Part shown: one piece after another, positions 7,683 to 17,809 of the stretch | How the letters are laid out: every line of letters begins with the position of its first letter | Numbering within the stretch: the stretch's first letter is position 1 | NCBI GenBank assembly: GCA_963790415.1 | Contig: CAWBOK010000003.1 | Span: 404,409 to 468,408 of the forward strand | DNA from: an uncultured Actinomycetota bacterium | Lineage (GTDB): Bacteria; Actinomycetota; Thermoleophilia; RBG-16-64-13 | Length of the DNA stretch: 64,000 nucleotides | Reading direction: 5' to 3' | Made by a program: the position numbers and the translations under genes | Notes under the pieces: model-generated | The model's database searches: none | What the model was told of the DNA's origin: nothing | What the model saw: the letters and a program-made list of their open reading frames with translations, nothing else

Positions 7683-8275
7683 TCCTGCTGCGGGGGTTCT
7701 ACGGACAGACCGTCGAGATCGAAGAGGACCGTCTCTACGACGGCGCCGAGGAGCTGTGGGTGCGGGACATGGGCGACCGCGTGCGCGTCGGCGTTACGAA
7801 GGTCGGCGTGCTCCTGATGGGCGGCATCGAGTCCACGGAGTTCTTCGTGGAGCCCGGCGACCACATCGAGAAGGACGGCGACCTGGTCTTCTTCGAGACC
7901 TTCAAGGCGGTCCGCTACGTGCTCGCTCCGCTGACCGGGGAGGTGATCGTGGTCAACGACAAGGTGGTCGACGACCCGGAGTTGTTCGACGACGATCCCT
8001 ACGGCGAGGCCTGGTTGGTCGAGGTTCGCCCGGCTTCCCCGGGCTGGGCGGATTCGTCGCTGAACTCGCCGCAGGACTATGCCTCGGCGCTTGAGCGCTC
8101 GGAGCATTGCGCCGAGGGATCGGAGGTCTTGCTCGAGGTCAAGAAAGGCTCCCCCACGTGCCGTTCGCTCTACGGCGGCATCCGTGGGAACGAGCCCGGC
8201 GAGGGGAGTCTCAGCTGGAGAGACCCCGCCGCCGGCGGTGCGCGACCTCCAGAGGAGGAAGGCACCGCCGACTGA
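7679..8275 (+). CDS. glycine-cleavage H-protein-like (lipoyl-domain fold) protein with extended C-terminus
   Basis: LWVRDMGDRVRVGVTKVGVLLMGGIESTEFFVEPGDHIEKDGDLVFFETFKAVRYVLAPLTGEVIVVNDKVVDDPELFDDDPYGEAWLVEV matches the GcvH family, including the ETFKA lysine position. Start overlaps the upstream stop. Confidence 0.65.
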   Translation: MILLRGFYGQTVEIEEDRLYDGAEELWVRDMGDRVRVGVTKVGVLLMGGIESTEFFVEPGDHIEKDGDLVFFETFKAVRYVLAPLTGEVIVVNDKVVDDPELFDDDPYGEAWLVEVRPASPGWADSSLNSPQDYASALERSEHCAEGSEVLLEVKKGSPTCRSLYGGIRGNEPGEGSLSWRDPAAGGARPPEEEGTAD

Positions 8276-8312
8276 ACTCACCGGCCCGGCGTGGGGCGGT
8301 CGCGTCCCAGCT

Positions 8313-9053
8313 CTACCTGTGCGCCTGATCCGCCTCGAACCAACGCCACATCATGGCACTCGCCTCGGCGTGGTTGGTCATGTCGCCGGGGCGGAACATC
8401 CCGAAGCCATCGCTGTTGATGACGCCCATCTGCATCATCCAGGCTATGTGGTCGGCGGCCCAGCTACCTTCCGCGCCCGCAAGGCGTCCCATCCTGGTGG
8501 CCATAGCTGCCGTCATGTCCGCCGAAGTGGCGATGCCGTGCTTCGCCTGCCAGGCGCGGTCCATTATGGCCGCCATCTGCTCGCGGGTGATGGTGTCGTA
8601 GGGCCCAAAGGTGCCGTCGGCGTGCCCGGTCAGGATGCCCATCTCGGTCATGGTCTCGATCATGCCCGCTCCCCAGAAGCCTTCCGTGTCGGAGAAGCTG
8701 GTCCCCGCCGTCGGCTGGAGGTTCATCATGCGGGCCATGATGCCCGCGAACTGGCCGCGTGTGAGGGGTTGGTCGGGACCGAAGGTGCCGTCACTGAATC
8801 CACCCATGAATCCGCGCCCGGCCATGTTCTCCGCCATCGGGGCGAACCAGTCGCCAGAGGTGACGTCGACGAACATATGCCCTTGGCCAGGGCCGCCGGG
8901 GACGGTCCCGGGCTGCATCATGGTGGGGCTGCCCGGGCTGCCGCCCATTCCGCCGCCCATCGGGCTTGCGCCGGCCACTCCCGCGAGCAGCAACGCAACC
9001 GTTCCCGTCACGGCGAGTAGGGTGACTCCTGTGCGTCGTACGTTCATTCCCAC
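8313..9053 (-). CDS. secreted S-layer-homology (SLH) domain protein
   Basis: Signal peptide followed by three SLH repeats (FSDGTFGPDQPLTRGQFAGIM, HADGTFGPYDTITREQMAAIM, ...). Confidence 0.75.
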   Translation of the reverse strand: MGMNVRRTGVTLLAVTGTVALLLAGVAGASPMGGGMGGSPGSPTMMQPGTVPGGPGQGHMFVDVTSGDWFAPMAENMAGRGFMGGFSDGTFGPDQPLTRGQFAGIMARMMNLQPTAGTSFSDTEGFWGAGMIETMTEMGILTGHADGTFGPYDTITREQMAAIMDRAWQAKHGIATSADMTAAMATRMGRLAGAEGSWAADHIAWMMQMGVINSDGFGMFRPGDMTNHAEASAMMWRWFEADQAHR

Positions 9054-9227
9054 ATCCTTGTTCTGGTTTCCGCGTCTAGTCGTTTCCGCGGCCGATCCGC
9101 TACGCGTAGGCGTCGGACCCTGGGCTAGAAGTCTAGCGGGGAGTCGTAAAGGCCTTGTGGCGCGGGTGTAAGGCCGGAGTAAATGGTGGGGTGGCTGAAT
9201 TCCGGGGAAGCGTGCATCGTGCGCTTC

Positions 9228-10319
9228 CTAGACCGAAGGACGCGCGAGCGGCAGCGTGAACATCATGGTCGTGCCTTCGCCTACCACGCTCTCAACGTGT
9301 ATCGAGCCCCCCGACTGCTCGACGACGCCCTTGGCCACGGCCAAGCCGATGCCCGCTCCGCCACCGGCGCTCGAGCGCGACTTGTCCACCCGGTAGAACC
9401 GCTCGAAGATGTGGGGCAGGTCGTCCGGTGGGATCCCGATGCCGGTGTCACGCACCGAGAAGAGGACCTCATCCGCCCCTCTCGACGCCGTCACCGTCAC
9501 CATACCGCCGGGGGGCGTATACCGGCAGGCGTTCGTGAGTAGGTTGACCAAGACCTGCTGGAGCTTGTCGGGGTCGACCCACACCGCAGGCAGGTTTTCG
9601 GTCGTCTCCTGGCCCAGCATCACACCCTTCTCCTCGAACTGTGGCCTGAGGCTCATTTCGGCGGTCTGGATGGCGGCGGATGGGTCGACAGGCTGAGGAT
9701 CGAAGCGTTCGGCGCCTGCCTCCAACCGGGAGAGTCTCTGGATGTCGCCCACGAGGCGCGATAGCCTTCCCGCCTCCTGGCGGACCATGTCGTAGGTCGC
9801 GGGCTCCTCGGCGACGACACCGTCCAGAAGTCCTTCCATGTAGCCCTGTATGTTGGTCAGGGGAGTACGCAGTTCGTGCGCGATCGTGGCCAGGAGTTCG
9901 GCCCTCAGCTTCTCGGTGGCCTCGAGTGTGGCGGCCATCTGGTTGAACGCCTCGCTGAACTCCCCGATCTCGTCGTGGGCCCGATAGGCGACGCGCTGCC
10001 CGTAACGTCCATCGGCGATGCGGCGGGCAACCTCCGCCATGTGGGCCAAGGGCCGCGTGATCCACACCGCGACTATGAGGCTCGCGAGGACGGCCACCAG
10101 CCCTGCCACCACCAAGGCGACGAGGACGGCCTGCTCCACTCCGCCCGTGATGGCTTCCTGCAGGTCGCTTGTGGCTCCCGGCATCATGGACGTCATCATG
10201 CTGCCCATATGATCGCGCACGGCACCAATAGCGACGCCCCTGAAGGCGACCGAGGCCGCGGCGATGATCACAGCACACGCGACGAGGTAGGAGAGGAAGA
10301 GCTTCCAGCGCAGTTGCAC
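9228..10319 (-). CDS. two-component sensor histidine kinase (HAMP-HisKA-HATPase)
   Basis: HELRTPLT H-box, N/G1/G2 boxes (LLTNACRYT, DTGIGIP, GGAGIGLAV), two transmembrane segments. Confidence 0.85.
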   Translation of the reverse strand: MQLRWKLFLSYLVACAVIIAAASVAFRGVAIGAVRDHMGSMMTSMMPGATSDLQEAITGGVEQAVLVALVVAGLVAVLASLIVAVWITRPLAHMAEVARRIADGRYGQRVAYRAHDEIGEFSEAFNQMAATLEATEKLRAELLATIAHELRTPLTNIQGYMEGLLDGVVAEEPATYDMVRQEAGRLSRLVGDIQRLSRLEAGAERFDPQPVDPSAAIQTAEMSLRPQFEEKGVMLGQETTENLPAVWVDPDKLQQVLVNLLTNACRYTPPGGMVTVTASRGADEVLFSVRDTGIGIPPDDLPHIFERFYRVDKSRSSAGGGAGIGLAVAKGVVEQSGGSIHVESVVGEGTTMMFTLPLARPSV

Positions 10320-10322
10320 TAT

Positions 10323-11039
10323 CTACTCTTGAAACTTGTAGCCGACGCCCCGCACCGTTCGGATGCGTTTGGGGTCCGCGGGATCCTCTTCGACTTTCTT
10401 GCGCAGATTGGCTACGTGCACGTCTATGGTCCGCGAATCCCCGATGAACGAATACCCCGTGACTCCTTCGAGGAGTTGTTCGCGGGTGAAGACCCAACCG
10501 GGGTGCTCCATGAGGACTTTGAGGAGATCGAATTCCGTTGACGTGAGCTCTACATCGCGTTCTGCGACGGTCACCTGCCTGGTTCTGACATCCAGGGCGA
10601 GGTCGCCGCGCGTGAAACGATCGTCGGCCGCACTGGGTGCCAGCCCGGCCCGGTGGAGGATGGCCCGCACGCGGGCTACGAGCACCTTCGGGCTGAACGG
10701 CTTGGTGAGGTAGTCGTCCACGCCGGCCTCGAATCCGGCGAGCACGTCCTCCTCTTCGCCTCTGGAGGTGAGGATGAGGATGGGAGCGTCTCGCTTCGCC
10801 TTGACCTTCTGTGCGATCTCGAGCCCGGAGAGTCCCGGCAGCATGATGTCGAGGATGAGCAGATCGGGCAGTTGCCGCTCCGCTTCCACCAGACCGCTCC
10901 TGCCGTCGGCCGCTTGTATGACCTCGTAGCCTTCGCGCTCGAGGTACGCGGCAACCAGTCTGCGCACGTTGTCGTCGTCTTCGACCACCAGGATCCGCGA
11001 AGGGCGAGTACCCCGTTCTATGCCTGGGTCAGATTGCAT
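10323..11039 (-). CDS. OmpR-family response regulator
   Basis: Receiver domain (ILVVEDD...LILDIMLPGLSGLE...LTSRG) plus winged-helix (TRGDLALDVRTRQV...LTSTEFDLL...RTVRGVGYKF). Start taken at MQSDPGIERG; the upstream part of the ORF is Arg-rich. Confidence 0.85.
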   Translation of the reverse strand: MQSDPGIERGTRPSRILVVEDDDNVRRLVAAYLEREGYEVIQAADGRSGLVEAERQLPDLLILDIMLPGLSGLEIAQKVKAKRDAPILILTSRGEEEDVLAGFEAGVDDYLTKPFSPKVLVARVRAILHRAGLAPSAADDRFTRGDLALDVRTRQVTVAERDVELTSTEFDLLKVLMEHPGWVFTREQLLEGVTGYSFIGDSRTIDVHVANLRKKVEEDPADPKRIRTVRGVGYKFQE

Positions 11040-11071
11040 CTCTACAGTATAGGGCGACAGGCGAGCGTCTC

Positions 11072-12574
11072 CTAGGCTCGATGCGACATGGGCAGGGTGA
11101 ACATGTATGCGTTGACAGCGATCAGCAGCCAGATGAGGAATAAGTGCGGCACCAACGCGCGCACGGTCCGTGTCTGGCCCCCGCGCCGGGCGATGCGATA
11201 GGCCGCGTACACGGTCGCGACGGCCCCCGCGCCCAGCATGAGGTACTGGAGCACCTGGATCGTGGGGGTGTTCAGCAACTCGTCGCCGACCCGGGTCCAC
11301 GAGAGCCCGAATACCACGGCCAGCGTTCGGGGGACCGCGAACCCTTCGCCCAAGAGGTGGAACAGGTTGTGCGCCATGTGGGCCGCCAGGTCGAGGGGGA
11401 TGATGGCATAGCCGAAGCGGGCGAAGTTCTGCAGGGTGGTCTCATCGTGTCCGCGGCTGAATCGGCTCGCCAGCGCCAGGGCGGCCAACGGCAGGACCAT
11501 GGCGATCGTGAAGATGATCGTGAAGTTGAGCGTGAAGTTGGTCGATCCGGTCAGTCCCGCGACCCGATCCAAGAGCGGCTGCCACACGCTCAGCATGGTC
11601 AGGTTCTGGATGATCACGACGCCGACCAGGATCATCGCGAGAAAGGCCACCTCGATGCGTGCCGTGTTGATATGCCAGAACTCGCTGGTGGGCTTGCGTA
11701 TCTCCAACCGCAGCGAGCCGTGCGGGCATGACTTGATGCAGTTGCCGCACAGGTTGCACTCCCGGTTGGTCTGCATGGTGCGTGGCGTCTCGAACATGGG
11801 GCAGGCCGCCGCGCGCTCGGAGCCTTTGGCGCACCACAGGTCGCGGCATTTGTCCTTGCAGTTGGCCTGATTCGCGCGCAGAGCGAGGGGTGAGGCCATC
11901 GAGTAGTTGCCCGAGAGACCGCCCAGGAAGCAGACGCTTCGGCAGAAGGTGCGGCGCTCGAACACCAGGCTCATGGTAAGGACGCCGGCCAGGATCATGA
12001 GCAGAAGATAGCCGGTGCCACGCGGTGACTCCACGATGCCGAAGACGTGATCGGCCCAGGTGATGCCGATGAACCAGGCGTCGATGATCCAGAGGCCGTA
12101 CTTCTTGAGAAAGGCCGGCATTGGGAGCCGCATGCCGGCAAAACGCTGGAGCAGATCGCCGACGACCGGGAACGGGCACACCGTGCACCAGAACCGGGCG
12201 AGCATGAAGTAGCTTAGGGGGAGCAGCGGCCACCACAGGATCCATACGATCGCCGAGCCGGCGTTGTCGTGCACGGTGGTGGGGCCGAAGAGGGTCTCGA
12301 TCATGATGAACGCGAAGACCAGGACGCCGGCGATCTGGAAGACTCCTGGGTACCACCGGCTACGGAGGAACGCGTTCAACGGCCGCAGGTGCAGCAGGTT
12401 AGGCCGCTCTCCGGAAGGGGGCAGGGGGATCACCTCGGCCAGGCGTAGGTCCTCCACCGGGCGCAGATCGGGCAGTGGCTCCGGCTCGACCAGGGGCTCG
12501 GCCGTCGCGGAGCGGCTGGGCGGTACCGAATTCACAGGTTTGGGCCGATTGTGGTTGCGTTTGCCGTTACTCAC
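11072..12574 (-). CDS. membrane polyferredoxin (NapH/MauN/NosR-like 4Fe-4S-binding integral membrane protein)
   Basis: Several transmembrane segments plus CxxCxxCxxxCP-type clusters (CTVCPFP; CNLCGNCIKSCP; FCRSVCFLG). Confidence 0.7.
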   Translation of the reverse strand: MSNGKRNHNRPKPVNSVPPSRSATAEPLVEPEPLPDLRPVEDLRLAEVIPLPPSGERPNLLHLRPLNAFLRSRWYPGVFQIAGVLVFAFIMIETLFGPTTVHDNAGSAIVWILWWPLLPLSYFMLARFWCTVCPFPVVGDLLQRFAGMRLPMPAFLKKYGLWIIDAWFIGITWADHVFGIVESPRGTGYLLLMILAGVLTMSLVFERRTFCRSVCFLGGLSGNYSMASPLALRANQANCKDKCRDLWCAKGSERAAACPMFETPRTMQTNRECNLCGNCIKSCPHGSLRLEIRKPTSEFWHINTARIEVAFLAMILVGVVIIQNLTMLSVWQPLLDRVAGLTGSTNFTLNFTIIFTIAMVLPLAALALASRFSRGHDETTLQNFARFGYAIIPLDLAAHMAHNLFHLLGEGFAVPRTLAVVFGLSWTRVGDELLNTPTIQVLQYLMLGAGAVATVYAAYRIARRGGQTRTVRALVPHLFLIWLLIAVNAYMFTLPMSHRA

Positions 12575-13040
12575 TGCAGACCCCTTCTGTGACGAGCGTA
12601 CCCGTGGCGATGCGGTGCTCCAGATGTTCGTTCAGACCGGCGGCCAGCGCAATGCCTGCGGCGATCAAGGCGAGGATGACCTCCGATCACGTACCAGTTG
12701 ATCGCGCCGCCCATGGCCATCTCGTGGTGGCCCTCGACGGGTGTGGATGCGGCGGGGTCGACGCCGGTCGCGGCCGCGGGAGGGCTCTCGGCCGGATGTT
12801 CGCCCATGTCCATGGTGCTCCCGTCGGGCATGACCATCTGGCCGCCCATGGAAGAAGCCGCGGGGTCGACGGCCGCCCCGCCCTGCGGGAGGGCGGCGTC
12901 GGACATCGTCATGCCGCCCATGCCCCCGGCGCTCATCGAGAACGCGTACGCGAAGAGCAGGGCCAACAGAATCGCCGCCGCTACGCCCCCGGCCACTCTG
13001 GACACTCGTGGCTTCCGCCGCGTCTGAGGCGCCGCGCAGC
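12571..13040 (-). CDS. Met/Gly/His-rich membrane-anchored protein, possibly metal (Cu)-binding
   Basis: N-terminal hydrophobic anchor, then repeated MxxM/MGG/HH motifs (MSAGGMGGMTMSD, SSMGGQMVMPDGSTMDMGEHP, HHEMAMGG). Start and C-terminal end uncertain. Confidence 0.4.
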
Positions 13041-13316
13041 TCACCTGTGCCGGGCTTCCGCCCTCTGTTCTCGATCCTCCGCCTGCTGCTTCCACTAAGC
13101 CCCCCGCTCGGTCCGTATCCCACCGGTCTCGACACACGGGCGGCATACTACTAGGGTCAGTAGTACAGGGTAAGTAGGGCGGGGAGTCGATTTACGTGAA
13201 ACTTAAACAGGCGGCGACCGCGGTAGCCGCAATGCGGCGGCATCCGCTGGAGGGCGCGCCAATGCGCCCGGCATGCGTGCGACATCGCCGGCGGACGGGC
13301 GGCGCAGGCAGCCCGC

Positions 13317-14582
13317 CTAGCGGCCGTCCCGGGTGGGCCGTCGCCGAAGGTCGGGCCCGGGTGCGCGTTTCCGGCCCGACGAAGTCTTCGTCGCGGATCC
13401 GGTCGTCGTCGACGGATCCGACCCGCGGGTGGCCTTGTTCTCGGACTTCGCGCCAGGGTACTCAGGGGCGTCGCGAACGGTTCGGCGTCGGGAACCGCCC
13501 GCCACGAGCTGACCGCATGCCGCGGCGATGGACCGCCCGCGGCTCTCCCTCGTGCTGACCTCGACCCCGCGGGTCTTGAGCGCGTTCATGAAGGCGACCA
13601 TGACCTCGGGAGGCGACGGGCTGAAGTCGCCGCATGCGGGGTTCCAAGGGATGAGATTCACCGTGACCACACGCCCGCGCAGAAGATCGGCCAGGACGTT
13701 GGCCTGCCGGGGAGAGTCGTTCACTTCGGCGAGCAGCAGGTACTCGACGAAGAGTTTGCGTCGGGTCAATGCAAAATGATCGTCGCAGGCGCTCAGCACG
13801 TCCCGCAGGGGGAAGCGGCGGTTCGCCGGTATCAATCGGGTGCGGAGCTCGTCGTCGGCGGCATGGAGGGAGAGCGCCAGATTGACCTGTGGTTCTTCCC
13901 GCGCAAGGCGCCGGATACCCGCGGGGACCCCGATGGTCGAGACCGCGAGGGAGCGGGCCGAGTGCCCCATGCCGCTGGGATCGTGCAGGAGCTTCAGGGA
14001 GAGCAGGACCGCGTCGAGGTTCAGCAGTGGTTCTCCCATACCCATGTAGACGACGTTGGTGACGCGCCGCCCCTCTTCCGCAAGCAGCGCGCGGGCCTCG
14101 CGCACCTGGTCCACGATCTCGGCTGCGCTCAGGTTCCGGGTGAAGCCGAGGGAGCCGGTGGCGCAGAACGCGCACCCCAGGGCACAGCCCACTTGGGTCG
14201 ACACGCACACGGTGCTCCGCTTGGCACTGCGCATGATGACCGCTTCAAGGGCGACGTCATCGTCGACGGCCTTCAGAAGGAGCTTCGTGGTGCCGTCGGG
14301 ATCGTCGAACCGCGCCGCGACGGCGAGCGTGGAATGGCCCGCCTCGTCGAGGGCCACCCGCAGCGGGCCGGGCAGATTCGTAGCCTCGGTGAACGAGAGG
14401 CCGGGATGTTGGGTGAGATGTTCGTAGACCTGCTTGTAGCGGTAGGCGGGCGCAGCCTGTTCGCTCAGGATGGCGGCCAGATCGGGACGATAGCTGCCGA
14501 TGTCGGCCCTGGCGGGCGGCGACGTCGACGGCGGCGGCGACCGGTCGGCGGTCGAGCCACGGGAGGGGCGACGCGCGCTCAT
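13317..14582 (-). CDS. rlmN: radical-SAM 23S rRNA/tRNA adenine-C2 methyltransferase RlmN
   Basis: YRYKQVYEHL N-terminal motif, CxxxCxxC radical-SAM cluster (VGCALGCAFCATG), GMGEPLLN, and conserved C-terminal region. Confidence 0.85.
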   Translation of the reverse strand: MSARRPSRGSTADRSPPPSTSPPARADIGSYRPDLAAILSEQAAPAYRYKQVYEHLTQHPGLSFTEATNLPGPLRVALDEAGHSTLAVAARFDDPDGTTKLLLKAVDDDVALEAVIMRSAKRSTVCVSTQVGCALGCAFCATGSLGFTRNLSAAEIVDQVREARALLAEEGRRVTNVVYMGMGEPLLNLDAVLLSLKLLHDPSGMGHSARSLAVSTIGVPAGIRRLAREEPQVNLALSLHAADDELRTRLIPANRRFPLRDVLSACDDHFALTRRKLFVEYLLLAEVNDSPRQANVLADLLRGRVVTVNLIPWNPACGDFSPSPPEVMVAFMNALKTRGVEVSTRESRGRSIAAACGQLVAGGSRRRTVRDAPEYPGAKSENKATRGSDPSTTTGSATKTSSGRKRAPGPDLRRRPTRDGR

Positions 14583-15415
14583 GTCGCGGCGCTGAGCACG
14601 AGGCGGATCACGCTGCCGCGCTGGGCTCCGAGCAGTTCCGCGGCACTGGCCTCGTTGAGAGTCAGTCCGGCGTGGCCCCACGAATCCCGCAGCAGGCCGA
14701 GTTCGCCGGGCTTGAGATCGGCGAAGGTACGGACCACGCGCGCGGTCCAGGTGGGGTCCGGTTCTCCTTCTACCATCACGCCGACCGCGTCGGCGATCAG
14801 ACGCACGCTGTCGAGGTCCAGGCTGAGGGCGACGTTGCCGAAGCGATCGACTTCCACCACTTCGGTGCGTACCGCGTCAGGCAGTCGCTCGAGCAGCGCG
14901 GGCGCGAGGGTGGCCAGACTCTCCGCCGGTATTGGTTCGGCCAGCACGGCCAGGGGTGTACCGCAGGCGAGAAGTGCCGCGGCCGGGGCGAAGAGGTCTC
15001 GCCCATGAAAAGTGGATGAGAGCCCATTGACGGGAAGAGCAGCGGTCAGGCGTACCCGTTCGGGAATCAGACGCCACGCCGAGAGTATGCCCCCCAGGGC
15101 TGCCGCCGCCGGCCCGAGCAGGCCGTTATCCGGCCCCACCAGGAGATCACTGCGGTTCGTCTGGAGCACGATGGGCCTCCGTTCGGTGCCCACGCTAGGG
15201 TCCACCACGGCCAGATGGACGGCGGGCGGGGCCAACGGCGCCACGCGGGCGAGCGTCGTGGCGCCGTCGCGCACGTCGCCCAGGGCCACTCCGTGAGAGA
15301 CATGAAGCACGCGAGCGTGGGGGCAGACCGCCGCGAGTATGGCCTCACACGCGGCCACATAGCCACCTTGCCAACCGAAGTCACTGAGAAAAGTGATGAG
15401 TTCGTACCGCTCCAC
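14579..15415 (-). CDS. SAM hydroxide adenosyltransferase / fluorinase-chlorinase family (DUF62) protein
   Basis: ELITFLSDFGWQGGYVAACEAIL N-terminus and the C-terminal beta-barrel region of the family. Confidence 0.7.
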   Translation of the reverse strand: MERYELITFLSDFGWQGGYVAACEAILAAVCPHARVLHVSHGVALGDVRDGATTLARVAPLAPPAVHLAVVDPSVGTERRPIVLQTNRSDLLVGPDNGLLGPAAAALGGILSAWRLIPERVRLTAALPVNGLSSTFHGRDLFAPAAALLACGTPLAVLAEPIPAESLATLAPALLERLPDAVRTEVVEVDRFGNVALSLDLDSVRLIADAVGVMVEGEPDPTWTARVVRTFADLKPGELGLLRDSWGHAGLTLNEASAAELLGAQRGSVIRLVLSAAT

Positions 15416-15439
15416 CAGCCGATTCTAGCATCACGGCCG

Positions 15440-17809
15440 GAGTTGCGGCGCGGCGGCGAAGGCGGCAGTGCCTTCGGTCGCGCCCCGCCCGCAGGCTCTG
15501 TCACGCCAAGATCGAGTTCGATGGATCCTTGCGCGGGCAGCAGTTCCATGAGTGTGTCTTCACGGAGCGTGGCTATCGAGAATGAGAGTCGCGTCGCCCG
15601 GCGTCCGGATGGGTCGCCTTCCGGAAGCGCCCTCAGGAGCGCGAGAGGGCAGGGCCACTTCGATGACGTGTCGAAGGCTGCGTGGGGCTCCGGCGAAGGC
15701 GAGTCCCGCAGCCGCCTCGAGGCTCGAGAGGGTCGAGATCTTCGCGCTGACGTGGGCGGGACCGTCCACCACCAACGCCAGTTCGTGTGACGGTTCATAC
15801 GCGCACACCGGCTCGGCGGGCCCATCGACGCAGGAGAGCAGCGCGATGGACACCTTCATCGTGTGTTCCCACGGGGAATCCGCCCCGACCGGGGATCAGC
15901 AGTAGATAGAAGTACTCCTGGTCGCAGCCGAACTGGACCTCCTCCAGGATCCGGGCCTCGGACGTCTGCATGGTGCCGGCCGGCGGCGCCCGGCGGAAGC
16001 CCGCGTGGGCCCACTCGTCGGGTGACGAAGTCCGACCGTCGATGACGGGCGTGAAGCGGTCCTTCGGCGGAGCGCCTTCTCGTGAGCGGAGTCGCGCGGC
16101 AGAAGGAGGGCGAAGAGATCGTTCGGCGGGACTCTCCCCCAGGCACCGATACGCTTCCTGCAGATGCCCGCGGAACGCGAGATCCCACAGGTAGTCGACC
16201 CCGCTCTCCTGGTGTGTGCTGAACCACCAGAACCAGTCGCTGCCTTCGGCGATCAGGATGTGACGCCACGCCTCCTCCACGTCGGCGACAGTTGGGTCCG
16301 AGTGCGGGCGACGGTGGGCGCTCCATCGCCGCGGGCCACGGCCCGTCGAGCGTCGCCGGCGAGCCGTCGGTCGCGTCGCGGCGCGCGGCGACACGATCCC
16401 GCGCCCGATGGAGAAGATCCCAGGCGGGGCCGTGGGCGGGATCGCCGATCCAGGTGGAGAAGTCTCCGAAGACCCAGGAGCCCGTGTGCAGCCAGGGAAG
16501 CTCGCGCTGAGGTGGGTTCTCGGCGAGGAACTCGCCCACGGTCACACACCGGAAGCCGGGGTCGCGCGGCCAGGGTCTCGTACAGCCGGCTGAGGAACTC
16601 GTGGCCGTCGTCCGGGTAGTACTCCCAGGCGTTCTCCCCGTCGAGGGCGATGGTGACCAGCCGGGGTTCTTCGCCTTCCGCCGTGCTCTCCCGGATCTCG
16701 CGCAGGCGCTCGACCAGATTGGCGGCCGCGTCCCTGGGGCCCACGAGCGATAGGTGAAGCCGATAAGGTCCGACAGCACGCGGTCGCGAAACACGATGTC
16801 GAGGCTACCGTCCCTCGCGCTCGAGCCGGTAGGGGTGATAGAGCCGGTCCGGGTCCTGCACCCGCCCGCCGTCGGTGCGGACGATGTCCTGTCCGAGCGA
16901 GCGGCCGAGGATGCCTTCGTCGGCGATGGTCCAGACCAGGCCGGCTTCGGTCAGCATGGGCACGACGTCCTCCCCCACGCCGAGCTCGGAGCACCACATT
17001 CCCCGTGGACGTCGGCCGAACGTCGCCGCGTGATGTTCCATGGCGAGTCGGATCTGTTCGCGCGCGTCTTCGGGGTGCGCGAACCGTCGCGGGGGTAGCG
17101 GCGCGTCCGACCGCGATATCCGCGAGATGTCGGTGTTGATCAACAGCGGCAGGATGGGGTGGAAGTAGGGTGAGGTGGTGAGTTCCACGCGGCCTTCCGC
17201 CTCGGCCTGACGGTACGCCGGGAGGACGCGGGCCAGGATGTCGGCCTGCGCCGCGGCGAGCACCTGCTTATCGGCCTCGGTGAAGTCCCGGCCTCGAGAA
17301 ACGAGGTCGGCGAGGGGTCCGTCGCGCAGGTGGACCGGGTCGAACCAGGCCAACGTGAACCATATCTGTAGGTCGCGCAGCTCGTCCACGTCGAAGGCGG
17401 CGGCGCAGACGTCGATGCCCTGGCCGAGGTACGCCTCCCTCTTGCGACTGAGTTCGAGGTAGCGGGGATAGCGCTGGGCACGCGGGTGCGCCGAACGCTC
17501 GCACATGAGGTCCACGACGAACCCCCGCTCGCCGACGTCGAGATCGGCGGCGGGTTTCATGGTGAGATTCCAATAGGGATCAACGAAGTCGCCGCGGGCG
17601 TAGTCGTCGATCTGCTCCACCAGAGACGGCACCAGGTTGAATGTCTGGTGCAGGGACGGATAGGAGGATGTGATCTCCACCATGTCGAGGTAGTCCTTCA
17701 ACGCGTGCAGTCGCACCCAGGGCATGTCGAACGAGCCATATCGAGACCGTTTGTAGTACGGCTGGTGCATGTGCCACACGAAGGCGACAGAGAGTGGCGG
17801 GGCGCTCAT
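15440..17809 (-). pseudogene. GH57-family alpha-glucan hydrolase (amylopullulanase/alpha-amylase-like) with at least five frame changes after an intact ~335-aa N-terminal domain
   Basis: Frame 1: MSAPPLSVAFVWHMHQPYYK...HPYRLEREGR. GH57 segments FRDRVLSDLIGFTYRSW, AANLVERLREIRESTAEGEEPRLVTIALDGENAWEYYPDDG, VTVGEFLAENPPQRELPWLHTGSW and ILIAEGSDWFWWFSTHQESG follow in four different frames across 16800-15450. Confidence 0.5.

Noticed and set aside
9205-9227. Short hairpin GGAAGCG-n9-CGCTTCC just downstream of the histidine kinase stop as a terminator
   Set aside because: Only a 7-bp stem with a large loop, so it is weak on its own and not listed as a feature.
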